Below, one piece after another: positions 55,622-64,000 of a stretch of DNA of 64,000 nucleotides. The stretch is from the NCBI GenBank assembly GCA_017640615.1, contig JAEPQK010000007.1, positions 104,407 through 168,406 on the forward strand, read 5' to 3'. The position numbers and the translations under genes are program-made. Every line of letters starts with the position of its first letter. The stretch's first letter is position 1. The notes beneath the pieces were generated by a model. The model was not told the origin of the DNA. It did no database searches and was given only the letters and a program-made list of their open reading frames with translations. This DNA is from Rhizobiaceae bacterium. GTDB lineage: Bacteria > Pseudomonadota > Alphaproteobacteria > Rhizobiales > Rhizobiaceae.

Positions 55622-56944
55622 TCAGTACAATAGCCGCATCAGATAGAGCGTGATCGTGGGGAAGGCGGCCAACAGCGCCACCCGTGCAATATCGGTCGCC
55701 ACAAAGGGCATCACACCGCGATAGGTGTGCTGGATCGGCGTCTGTTTTGCCATCGAATTGATGACAAAGAGGTTCATTCCAACCGGCGGCGTGATCAGCC
55801 CAACCTCCACGACGATCAGTACGAGAATACCAAACCAGATTGCAAACTCTTCAGGCGGCAGTCCGAAATCGAGTGCAGTCACGATCGGGAAGAATATCGG
55901 GATCGTCAGCAGGATCATGGACAGTGAATCCATGACACAGCCGAAAAGCAGATAGAAGAACAAGATCACCGCCAGAACCATCCAGGCATTGAAGCCCTGA
56001 TCGGTGACGAATGCTGCTGCCTGCTGCGGCAGCTGCGACAATGCCAGGAAGCTGTTGAACATCGATGCGCCGAAGACGATGAAGAAAATCATCGCCGTGG
56101 CGCTTGCCGTCGCCAGAATACTTGCCATGAAGGTTTGGCGGTTGAGACCGCCATTTGCGAGCGCAATGATGCCGGTCCCCGCCGCGCCCACCGCAGCGCC
56201 CTCGGTTGGAGTGAACCAGCCAAGATAGATGCCGCCGACCACCGTGATGAAGACGAGCAGTACGGGCCAGACCTCGATGAGCGCCGCAAACCTCTCCGCA
56301 TAGGGCGCACGTTCGCGCATTCCAGCCGAGCCGGGGCTGACGCGCACATAGATCGCAATCGCAAGCATGTAGCCGATCGCCGCCAAAATGCCCGGCACGA
56401 ACGCCGCGACAAACAGCTTGGCAATGTTCTGCTCCGTCAGGATCGCGTAAATGACCAGGATCACCGACGGCGGAATGAGAATGCCAAGCGTGCCGCCGGC
56501 GGCAAGCGTGCCGGTGGCCAGAGCGCCCGAATAGCCGTAGCGCCTGAGCTCCGGCAGCGCGACCTGGCTCATCGTGGCGGCTGTTGCTAGCGAGGAGCCG
56601 CAAATGGCGCCGAAGCCCGCGCAGGCGCCGACGGCCGCCATCGCGACTCCGCCCTTTCGATGGCCCAGCCAGGTTTCGGCCGCGTTGAAAAGTGCACGCG
56701 ACATACCGCCAAGCGTTGCGAACTGTCCCATCAAGAGAAACAGCGGAACAATCGACAATGAGTAGCTGGAGAAGGTCGAATAGGTTTCGCCCTTCAGTTT
56801 GGACAGGATCGGGTTCCACGAACCGAAGATGATGTAGCTGCCGACCGTGCCGCAGATCAGCATCGCCAAGCCGATTGGTATCCTGAGAAAGATAAGCAGG
56901 ATCAGGATCGGGAAGGACAGGAATCCGAGCTCGAGATTGCTCAC
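55622..56944 (-). CDS. dctM: TRAP transporter large permease
   Basis: GAICGSSLATAA, GTLGILIPPS, GLITPPVGMN; GTGA overlap with dctQ. Confidence 0.93.
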   Translation of the reverse strand: MSNLELGFLSFPILILLIFLRIPIGLAMLICGTVGSYIIFGSWNPILSKLKGETYSTFSSYSLSIVPLFLLMGQFATLGGMSRALFNAAETWLGHRKGGVAMAAVGACAGFGAICGSSLATAATMSQVALPELRRYGYSGALATGTLAAGGTLGILIPPSVILVIYAILTEQNIAKLFVAAFVPGILAAIGYMLAIAIYVRVSPGSAGMRERAPYAERFAALIEVWPVLLVFITVVGGIYLGWFTPTEGAAVGAAGTGIIALANGGLNRQTFMASILATASATAMIFFIVFGASMFNSFLALSQLPQQAAAFVTDQGFNAWMVLAVILFFYLLFGCVMDSLSMILLTIPIFFPIVTALDFGLPPEEFAIWFGILVLIVVEVGLITPPVGMNLFVINSMAKQTPIQHTYRGVMPFVATDIARVALLAAFPTITLYLMRLLY

Positions 56945-57561
56945 TCGCCGCCTCCGCCCGGGCTGCGCAGAGACACGCCGGTGGCCAGTTCGCGGCCACG
57001 CTCGTAAAGCAAGAACAGCGAGACGAAGACGCCAATGGCGGCGGCGGCCATGCAGGCGGCGAACGCCCACCAGATCGGGAACTGCAGAATGAAGGTGGTT
57101 TCGTTATAGCGAATTTTGTCGAGCATGCCGTACCAGAGCCGCCAAGCCACCACGACGATGAATACCGTCATCAGCAGCTCGGTTATGAAATCGATCACGC
57201 GGTTGGTGCGCGCGCTCAGGAAGTTGGTGAAGATGTCGACGGTCGCGTGACCGCGGGCATATTGGCACCACGGCAGAAACGAGAAGATAGCGAAGGCGAC
57301 GCCAGCTTCGACCAGCTCGAAATCGCCCGGCACATTGCCGACAGAGAATGTCCAGCCACCGATATCGATATCGATGTTGACCAGCCATAGCGCACCCTCG
57401 CGCAGCAATTGCAGGGGGCCGCCGGTGTCGCCATGAGCAAATGTTCCAATCGCACGGCCGGTAATGCTGACCACCGTCAGCACCGTCAGCACGATCAGCA
57501 CCACACCACCATATGCAGCGAGTGCGCGTGCGAGCCGTTCGACGAAGGCCGAGAGGCTCAT
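56941..57561 (-). CDS. dctQ: TRAP transporter small permease
   Basis: GDFELVE, GHATVDIF; four TMs. Confidence 0.9.
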   Translation of the reverse strand: MSLSAFVERLARALAAYGGVVLIVLTVLTVVSITGRAIGTFAHGDTGGPLQLLREGALWLVNIDIDIGGWTFSVGNVPGDFELVEAGVAFAIFSFLPWCQYARGHATVDIFTNFLSARTNRVIDFITELLMTVFIVVVAWRLWYGMLDKIRYNETTFILQFPIWWAFAACMAAAAIGVFVSLFLLYERGRELATGVSLRSPGGGGE

Positions 57562-57673
57562 TGCCCTGCTCCCCTGGATCGTTCCCCGCATGCCATCACC
57601 CGCCGGACAGCGGGGCAGCGCGCATGTTACTGTTATATCGCATAACAGTGGAAAGACAACATGATCGCCCGGT

Positions 57674-57697
57674 GGGTGGGACCAACCGGTCCCACCC
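57674..57697 (-). terminator. Stem-loop downstream of dctP
   Basis: GGGTGGGACC-aacc-GGTCCCACCC, 10-bp stem. Confidence 0.65.
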
Positions 57698-57718
57698 GTA
57701 AGTAGCGTCTACCAAGGC

Positions 57719-58768
57719 TCACTGCGTGCTGGTGTACTTGTCGATCAGCGAGCGCGCCTCGTCGATCAGCGCCTGACCGTCGATGCCCTTGGCCGTCATT
57801 TCGGCGATCCAGTTGTCGATGACCGGCTGGGCGGCTGCCTTCCAGGCTTCCACCTCTTCGGCGCTCAGCTCGATGATGTTGTTACCTCGAGACTGCGCGA
57901 TTTCGAGGCCCGGCGCATCATATTCCTGCATCGTCTTGCCGGCCCAGGCCGACAGCTCGGCGCCGGCATTGTCGTCGATCACCTTTTTCAGGTCATCCGG
58001 CAGGCCTTCATAGCTGTCCTTGTTCATGGCCAGCACGAAGGTGGTTGTGTAGAGCGCGTGATCGCCGCCGAAGCTGGTATGGTTGCTCACCAATTCCGCT
58101 ACCTTGAGCGCCGGCGTCACCTCCCACGGGATAACCGTTGCGTCGATCACGCCCTTGGACAGTGCCTCGGTCACCTGCGGAACCGGCATACCGACCGGCG
58201 ATGCACCGAATTCAGTGAACAGGGCATTGATGACGCGCGTGGGCGCGCGGACCTTGAGGCCTTTCAGATCGTCCAGTGTGGTCACCGGCGATTTTGAGTG
58301 AATCAGGCCCGGCCCATGAACCCAGGTGCCCAGAATATGAAGGTCCCTGAACTCACTGTCCTTCATGTGCTTTTCGAACATATCCCAATAGGCGCGGGAT
58401 GTCGCTTCGGCGTTGGTCATCATGAAGGGCAGTTCGAAGACTTCCGTGCTCGGGAAGCGGCCCGGCGTGTAGCCCGGCAGTGCCCACACCATGTCGACCA
58501 CACCGTCGGTCGCCTGATCGATGAGCTGCGGCGGCGTGCCGCCCAGCGTCATGGCCGGGAAGCGTTCAATCTTGATGCGGCCGTCGGACGCCGCCTCGAC
58601 GCGATCAGCCCAGGGGTCGAGAATATGGGCCGGCACATTTGCCTGCGGCGGCAGGAACTGGTGAAGCCGTAGCGTGACTTCCTGCGCGGCGGCGCTGCTG
58701 GCGCCTGCAATCGCGCCCGCAGCTGCCATCAGGCCCGCCAGCAGAATGCGTCTGGTAACTGAAATCAT
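57719..58768 (-). CDS. dctP: TRAP transporter substrate-binding protein
   Basis: Signal peptide with TRRILL; YTPGRFP, DLKGLKVR, ALSKGVID. Confidence 0.93.
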   Translation of the reverse strand: MISVTRRILLAGLMAAAGAIAGASSAAAQEVTLRLHQFLPPQANVPAHILDPWADRVEAASDGRIKIERFPAMTLGGTPPQLIDQATDGVVDMVWALPGYTPGRFPSTEVFELPFMMTNAEATSRAYWDMFEKHMKDSEFRDLHILGTWVHGPGLIHSKSPVTTLDDLKGLKVRAPTRVINALFTEFGASPVGMPVPQVTEALSKGVIDATVIPWEVTPALKVAELVSNHTSFGGDHALYTTTFVLAMNKDSYEGLPDDLKKVIDDNAGAELSAWAGKTMQEYDAPGLEIAQSRGNNIIELSAEEVEAWKAAAQPVIDNWIAEMTAKGIDGQALIDEARSLIDKYTSTQ

Positions 58769-58864
58769 GTCTATCCTCCCGAGGTGTATGCGGCGCGTTT
58801 TCGCGCGGTAAATCGCCGGCGCATGTAACCGGCAAAAAATGTAACTAAAAAGGTGGTGGCAGCG

Positions 58865-59338
58865 CTAGGTGTCGAGCGGTAGCGCGTTGGTCTCCTTGAG
58901 CGTTTCAAGCACGATCGCGGTCTTGACATGCTGGACGCTGTCATGAGGCAGCAACACGCCATTGACGAAATCAGCCAGCGAGCGAAGATCGGGCGTAACC
59001 ACCTTCAGAATGTAATCCATCTCACCGGTCAGCGCATGCGCCTCCTGCACCTCCGGCAGGCGCTCCAGAAGCCGCGCGAAATGGCGGGCGTTGTCACGAT
59101 TGTGCGTGGAGAGCGTTACGGTAATGATGTTGACCAGCGGGAACCCCAACCGCTCACGGTCGAGCACGGCGCGATAGCCGCGCACATAGCCCTCGTCCTC
59201 CAGCCGCTGGCGGCGGCGCGAACATTGGGATGGCGACAGATTCACCTTGGCCGAGAGCTCATTGTTGGTCAGCCGCGCATCCTGCTGCAGGAGCGCGAGT
59301 ATCTTGCGGTCAAACCCGTCAAGTTGCTCGGAATTCAT
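58865..59338 (-). CDS. Lrp/AsnC-family regulator divergent from hppD
   Basis: DRKILALLQQDARL..NLSPSQCSRR, TGEMDYILKV. Confidence 0.93.
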   Translation of the reverse strand: MNSEQLDGFDRKILALLQQDARLTNNELSAKVNLSPSQCSRRRQRLEDEGYVRGYRAVLDRERLGFPLVNIITVTLSTHNRDNARHFARLLERLPEVQEAHALTGEMDYILKVVTPDLRSLADFVNGVLLPHDSVQHVKTAIVLETLKETNALPLDT

Positions 59339-59464
59339 GTAGAACGCTCCGCAGTCGCGCAAAGTATGCGAAAAATCCCCTCGCAAGGCATCAGAACGCA
59401 AACTCCGTGCGGACGCAAGGGCGTATGCTGATGAAAGTGAGTTTCCAATCCCCGGAGGAATGCT

Positions 59465-60577
59465 ATGGGTCCCTTCCCGCACGACGCACCGCCTGCCAAG
59501 ATCAGCGACGAAAACCCGGCTGGAACCGACGGGTTCGAATTCGTCGAATTTGCTCATGCCGAGCCGGCAAAGCTCGAAGAGCTGTTCACGCGAATGGGCT
59601 ACACCAAGGTAGCCACACATAAATCGAAGGCGATTTCAGTCTGGCGGCAGGGCGATATCAACTACGTCATCAATGCCGAACCCGGCTCGCACGCCATGCG
59701 CTTCGTGGAAGAGCACGGTCCGTGCGCACCTTCGATGGCTTGGCGCGTGGTCGATGCGGACCACGCCTTCAAACATGCGGTCGCCAAAGGCGCGACGCCC
59801 TATGACGGCGACGACAAGACACTCGATGCGCCGGCAATCGTCGGCATCGGCGGTTCGCTGCTCTATTTCATCGAGACCTACGGCGACAAAGGCTCGACCT
59901 ATGACGCCGAGTTCGAATGGACGGGTGAGCGCGACCCGAAGCCCGAAGGCGTCGGCTTCTATTATCTCGACCACCTGACCCACAATGTGTTTCGCGGAAA
60001 CATGGACAAGTGGTGGGATTTCTACCGCGATCTATTCGGCTTTAAGCAGATTCACTTCTTCGACATCGATGGCCGGATCACCGGGCTCGTCAGCCGTGCG
60101 ATCACCTCGCCCTGCGGCAAAATCCGCATTCCGCTGAACGAGTCGAAGGACGACACCAGCCAGATCGCGGAATATCTGCGCAAATACAAAGGCGAAGGCA
60201 TTCAGCACATCGCAGTCGGCACCGATGAAATCTACGACGCGACCGACCGGCTAGCCGCCAACGAACTGAAATTCATGCCCGGCCCGCCGGACACCTATTA
60301 CGACATGTCATTCGACCGCGTGAACGGCCATGACGAGCCGGTCGAGCGGATGAAAAAGCACGGCATCCTTATCGACGGCGAAGGCGTCGTCGATGGCGGC
60401 ATGACCAAGATCCTGCTGCAGATCTTCTCCAAGACCGTGATCGGCCCGATCTTCTTCGAGTTCATTCAGAGAAAGGGCGACGAAGGGTTCGGCGAGGGCA
60501 ATTTCCGCGCACTGTTCGAGTCGATCGAACAGGACCAGATCAAGCGCGGCGTGATCAAGGTCGAAGCTGCCGAATAA
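59465..60577 (+). CDS. hppD: 4-hydroxyphenylpyruvate dioxygenase
   Basis: DHLTHNV, GEGIQHIA, FFEFIQRKGDEGFGEGNFRALFES. Confidence 0.97.
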   Translation: MGPFPHDAPPAKISDENPAGTDGFEFVEFAHAEPAKLEELFTRMGYTKVATHKSKAISVWRQGDINYVINAEPGSHAMRFVEEHGPCAPSMAWRVVDADHAFKHAVAKGATPYDGDDKTLDAPAIVGIGGSLLYFIETYGDKGSTYDAEFEWTGERDPKPEGVGFYYLDHLTHNVFRGNMDKWWDFYRDLFGFKQIHFFDIDGRITGLVSRAITSPCGKIRIPLNESKDDTSQIAEYLRKYKGEGIQHIAVGTDEIYDATDRLAANELKFMPGPPDTYYDMSFDRVNGHDEPVERMKKHGILIDGEGVVDGGMTKILLQIFSKTVIGPIFFEFIQRKGDEGFGEGNFRALFESIEQDQIKRGVIKVEAAE

Positions 60578-60589
60578 TGACGAGTTCTG

Positions 60590-60618
60590 TGCGTCCTTCG
60601 CGGATCGCGAAGGACGCA
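60590..60618. terminator. 13-bp hairpin between convergent genes, built from REP-like termini
   Basis: TGCGTCCTTCGCG-gat-CGCGAAGGACGCA. Confidence 0.75.
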
Positions 60619-60619
60619 T

Positions 60620-60814
60620 CTATTTTTTCGCGGCTGCCAGCGCCTTTTTCAACGCTTCGAGATCGCCCACCTGGTTGGCCAGCAAAAGCACCAGCCGGGC
60701 ATTCAGGCGCGCGCTTTCTTCAAAGCTCAGCCCCTCATGCGCGGCCATGAGCGCGGCGTAGAAATCATCCCCCGCCGCACCCAGCCGATCACGGCCGATA
60801 TCGCCCAAGCTCAT
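60620..60814 (-). CDS. DUF2783-family small protein
   Basis: DDFYAALMAAHEGLS..LNARLVLLLANQVGD. Confidence 0.85.
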   Translation of the reverse strand: MSLGDIGRDRLGAAGDDFYAALMAAHEGLSFEESARLNARLVLLLANQVGDLEALKKALAAAKK

Positions 60815-62433
60815 AGAGCCCTCCCCGTCGCACGCTTCAGCGCAGCCGCCAGGTCGCCTGCGTTTGGCTCGCGAAAGCGCGCCGCAACGTGCTGGTCGGG
60901 GCGCAGCAGATAGACATTGCCGGCACCGTAGCGCCGAGCCACCAGCCCCTCCACATCGAAAAGCACCGAACCATCATTGGCACGCCGCGCGGGGTCGCCT
61001 GTCACCGCGATGCAGGCGAGATCGTCAGGCAATCCGGCCGGAATTTCGGCATCAACAGCCATGACCGCAAAGCCGCCTCCGCAATGCCCCAGCAGCCAGC
61101 CCGGGCCAGTCTTTCCATTGGCCACCGGGGCGTCCGGGATCGCTTCGCCGGGCGCGATGCCTTCACCCTTGCCCGCAGCCGTCTGAAGCTGCATGCCAGC
61201 CAGTGAGCAGGGCCGCGACAGGCGGCCCGAATTCACCAGGCGGCGGGCAAATTCATGCTCGCCGGCGAGGTCCAGTACCGCCTCGCGAAACATCTTCTCC
61301 ATCTCGCTTTTCGGCGTCATGAACGATGTCGCGCGCGCCGAATTGGTGATGTTTTCGTCGGAGCCGTGGGTGCGCTCCTCATCATAGGTTTCGATCAGGC
61401 TTTCGGGCGCCTCGCCGCGCAGCACCGCCGCCAGTTTCCAGATCAGATTGTCCGTGTCCTGAATGCCGCCATTTCCGCCGCGCGCACCGAAGGGGGAAAC
61501 GATATGAGCGCTGTCGCCTGCGAAGACGACGCGGCCATGGACAAAGCGCTCCAGCCGCCGGCACTGAAAGGTGTAGACCGACACCCAGTCGAGCTCGAAG
61601 TTGGAATGTCCGAGCACCTTTTCGATGCGCGGAATGACGTTCTCCGGCTTCTTTTCTTCCTCAGGGTCGGCATCCCAGCCAAGCTGCAGGTCGATGCGGT
61701 AGATGTCGTCAGGCTGTTTATGCAAAAGCGCCGACTGACCTGGGTGGAAAGTCGGCTCGAACCAGAACCAGCGTTCGGACGGGAAGTCCGCTTTCATCTC
61801 GACATCGGCAATGAGGAAGCGTTCCTCGAATATCCGGCCTTCAAATTCGAGGCCCATCATGGTGCGCAGCGGCGAGCGTGCGCCATCGCAGGCAATCAGC
61901 CAATCGGCCTCGAGCTGATAGGAGCCGTCCGGCGTATCGATGTCCACGGTGACGCTGTCGGCAGTCCGTTCTAGCCCGGTGACTTTGTTGTTCCAGCGCA
62001 GGTCGATGAGGCCGGGGAAGTCCGCGGCGCGATCGACCAGATATTCTTCCACGTAATATTGCTGAAGGTTGATGAAGGCCGGCATTTTGTGCCCAGCCTC
62101 CGGCAGCAGATCGAAGTTCCAGACTTCGCGGTCGCGATGGAACAGGCGGCCGACCTTCCAGGTCACGCCCTTTTCGACCATGCGCTCGCCGACACCGAGC
62201 CGGTCGAAAATCTCCAGTGTGCGCTTCGACCAGCAGATCGCACGGCTGCCCAGCGAGACGACGTTGTTGTCGTCGAGTACCACGCAGCGCACGCCATGCA
62301 GCGCGCAGTCGATCGCCGCCGCCAGCCCGACCGGCCCCGCGCCAACGATGATGACCGAGTCGCGCTCGCCTTTTGCGCCCACCAGCTCGGGCGGCGGCGA
62401 ATAGGGGAAGGGCTGATAGGCGTAGCGCGGCAT
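60811..62433 (-). CDS. FAD-dependent aromatic monooxygenase (MhpA/PheA-like family)
   Basis: GAGPVG, ACDGARS, AGDSAH..PFGARGGN, LRPDQHV. Confidence 0.9.
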   Translation of the reverse strand: MPRYAYQPFPYSPPPELVGAKGERDSVIIVGAGPVGLAAAIDCALHGVRCVVLDDNNVVSLGSRAICWSKRTLEIFDRLGVGERMVEKGVTWKVGRLFHRDREVWNFDLLPEAGHKMPAFINLQQYYVEEYLVDRAADFPGLIDLRWNNKVTGLERTADSVTVDIDTPDGSYQLEADWLIACDGARSPLRTMMGLEFEGRIFEERFLIADVEMKADFPSERWFWFEPTFHPGQSALLHKQPDDIYRIDLQLGWDADPEEEKKPENVIPRIEKVLGHSNFELDWVSVYTFQCRRLERFVHGRVVFAGDSAHIVSPFGARGGNGGIQDTDNLIWKLAAVLRGEAPESLIETYDEERTHGSDENITNSARATSFMTPKSEMEKMFREAVLDLAGEHEFARRLVNSGRLSRPCSLAGMQLQTAAGKGEGIAPGEAIPDAPVANGKTGPGWLLGHCGGGFAVMAVDAEIPAGLPDDLACIAVTGDPARRANDGSVLFDVEGLVARRYGAGNVYLLRPDQHVAARFREPNAGDLAAALKRATGRAL

Positions 62434-62741
62434 CAGGCGGAAGGTGCGTCCGGCACACCGAGAGTGATGAACAGTGCGAAAAATACGAAGCCGCCAAGAA
62501 TGATAAGCAGCCGCCGGTTCATCTGTCGGCGCAGCTCCTGCGTATCATTGTCCTGAGCGACGCCCCTGTTCATCGCCACCGCCCAAATATTGGCGTAGGT
62601 CGGCAGCCCCCATTTCTGGCGTCCGCTGATGCCTGAGCGGTTTTCGACCGCGTAGCAAAGCCTGATTGCATCAACGAAGTTGACGATCATGGCGAGGCCC
62701 CAGAAGCCCGAAACCAGAATGAAAATCGTACCGTAGTCCAT
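62433..62741 (-). CDS. Small hypothetical membrane protein
   Basis: Two or three hydrophobic segments; fills the gap between the MBL and monooxygenase genes with tight coupling. Confidence 0.6.
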   Translation of the reverse strand: MDYGTIFILVSGFWGLAMIVNFVDAIRLCYAVENRSGISGRQKWGLPTYANIWAVAMNRGVAQDNDTQELRRQMNRRLLIILGGFVFFALFITLGVPDAPSA

Positions 62742-62743
62742 CT

Positions 62744-63694
62744 CTATCCCTGCAATGCGTCCCACATTTGCCGGTCGCGCTCCGCTGTCCAGATGCGCGG
62801 CGTGTCTATGTCCAGCGCTTCATCATAGGCGCGTGCGACGTTGAAGGGCAGACAATGTTCGTAGATTGCGTAGTCGGCGAATTTGGGATCGCACTCGGCG
62901 CGGCAGGCGTCCCACGCTTCCTTGAGCGAGCCGCCGCCAAGCGCCACGCGCGCAACGGGACGGTAGGTCGAACGCACGAAATCGGCGGTGTTGTCGAGCG
63001 CCTCGTTGACCCTCTCCCGCCCAACCAGCGCATCGCCGCGCCCGGGGGCGATTGCGTCAAGATCCCATGCCCTGATGCGGTTCAGCGTGCCCGGCCAGTC
63101 ATGGAAATGACCGTCGCCGCAATAGCAGGCGGAGTGATATTCCACGATATCGCCAGTGAACATTACGTTCGCGTCCGGCACGAAAGCGACGATATCGCCG
63201 GCTGTGTGCGCGCGGCCCATGAACATCAGATCGACCCGCCGTTTGCCGAGATAGACGGTCATGCGGTCGTTGAAAGTCATGGAGGGCCAGGTGAGCCCCG
63301 GTATCGATTCATGACCCTGAAACAGTCGCGGGAAACGGGCGAACTCGGAGTCCCAATCTTCCTGGCCGCGCTCGGCAACCATCGCGCGCGCCTTTTCCGA
63401 CATGATGATTTCGGAAGCGCCGTAGGCTGAAGCGCCGAGCACCCGCACGGCGTGATAATGCGTCAGCGTTACGTATTTGATCGGCTTGTCGGTGACCGAG
63501 CGAATGTTTTCGATCACCTTGGTTGCGAGCCTCGGGGTCGCCTGCGCATCCACGATCATCACCGCGTCGTCACCGATGATCACGCCGGTGTTGGGGTCGC
63601 CCTCGGCGGTAAAAGCCCAAAGATCCTTGCCGATCTCGGTGAAGGATACCTTCTTTTCAGCGAGATCGCCTGCCGAGGCAAATTGCTTGGTCAT
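62744..63694 (-). CDS. MBL-fold metallohydrolase-like protein
   Basis: GDPNTG, THYHAVR, AHTAGD, FTGD, PGRG; SD GGAG upstream of ATG 63694. Confidence 0.85.
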   Translation of the reverse strand: MTKQFASAGDLAEKKVSFTEIGKDLWAFTAEGDPNTGVIIGDDAVMIVDAQATPRLATKVIENIRSVTDKPIKYVTLTHYHAVRVLGASAYGASEIIMSEKARAMVAERGQEDWDSEFARFPRLFQGHESIPGLTWPSMTFNDRMTVYLGKRRVDLMFMGRAHTAGDIVAFVPDANVMFTGDIVEYHSACYCGDGHFHDWPGTLNRIRAWDLDAIAPGRGDALVGRERVNEALDNTADFVRSTYRPVARVALGGGSLKEAWDACRAECDPKFADYAIYEHCLPFNVARAYDEALDIDTPRIWTAERDRQMWDALQG

Positions 63695-63720
63695 GCTTGG
63701 GCTTCTCCATCCAATTTCAA

Positions 63721-63831
63721 TGCGTCCTTCGAGGCTTTGCTCACGCAAAGCGCCTCAGGATGAGGGAGGCAGGCGCCAGCGATCCTCATCCTGAGGTGCG
63801 AGCCTAAGCCAGGCGAGCCTAGAAGGACGCA
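63721..63831. repeat. Inverted pair of the same REP-like element as at 39919 and 40201
   Basis: TGCGTCCTTCGAGGC..CCTCAGGATGAGG (63721-63765) and CCTCATCCTGAGG..GAAGGACGCA (63784-63831). Confidence 0.8.
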
Positions 63832-63832
63832 G

Positions 63833-64000
63833 CTAATGCTCATACTTCTTCACAGTCTGCTCGATCGCGCCGAACAGCGAATGGCCATCGCCGTCTTTCA
63901 TTTCGATGCGCACCGTGTCGCCAAACTTCATGAAGGGTGTTGACGGCTTGCCGCTCTCGATTGTCTCGATCATGCGGATTTCGGCGATGCAAGAATACCC
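63833..64000 (-). CDS. Fumarylacetoacetate hydrolase-family protein, C-terminal end
   Basis: Manual translation GYSCIAEIRMIETIESGKPSTPFMKFGDTVRIEMKDGDGHSLFGAIEQTVKKYEH*. Confidence 0.8.
   Translation of the reverse strand, partial: GYSCIAEIRMIETIESGKPSTPFMKFGDTVRIEMKDGDGHSLFGAIEQTVKKYEH

Overview
GC-rich alphaproteobacterial (Rhizobiales-like) chromosomal window, densely coding, with no rRNA, tRNA, CRISPR array, transposase or integrase detected. In order: (1) an uncharacterised GntR/peptide-ABC/hydrolase cluster (1-10.6 kb); (2) an IclR-regulated galactoside ABC + GH42 beta-galactosidase cluster (10.6-17.9 kb); (3) a sulfoquinovose monooxygenase (sulfo-SMO) cluster, smoDCBA, with an atypical ABC importer and a probable NAD+-dependent GH188 sulfoquinovosidase, tied together by an identical 20-bp site (17.9-27.6 kb); (4) the most novel part, 27.6-37.6 kb: LemA flanked by two DUF3137-like proteins, a regulator fusing an apparently catalytically dead alpha/beta-hydrolase to PAS and LuxR-HTH domains, and a set of secreted Cys-rich, repeat and vWA proteins, with a 17-bp motif about 60-70 bp upstream of five start codons (four copies); (5) methylmalonyl-CoA mutase, nested REP-like repeats, a BNR-propeller/MoaD pair and modABC-modE with a ModE box; (6) pcaD-pimFABCD; (7) an SqrR/BigR-YeeE-persulfide dioxygenase-sulfurtransferase cluster; (8) a TRAP transporter, Lrp-hppD and homogentisate-pathway-associated genes. 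All family calls come from motif recognition by eye, not from database searches.
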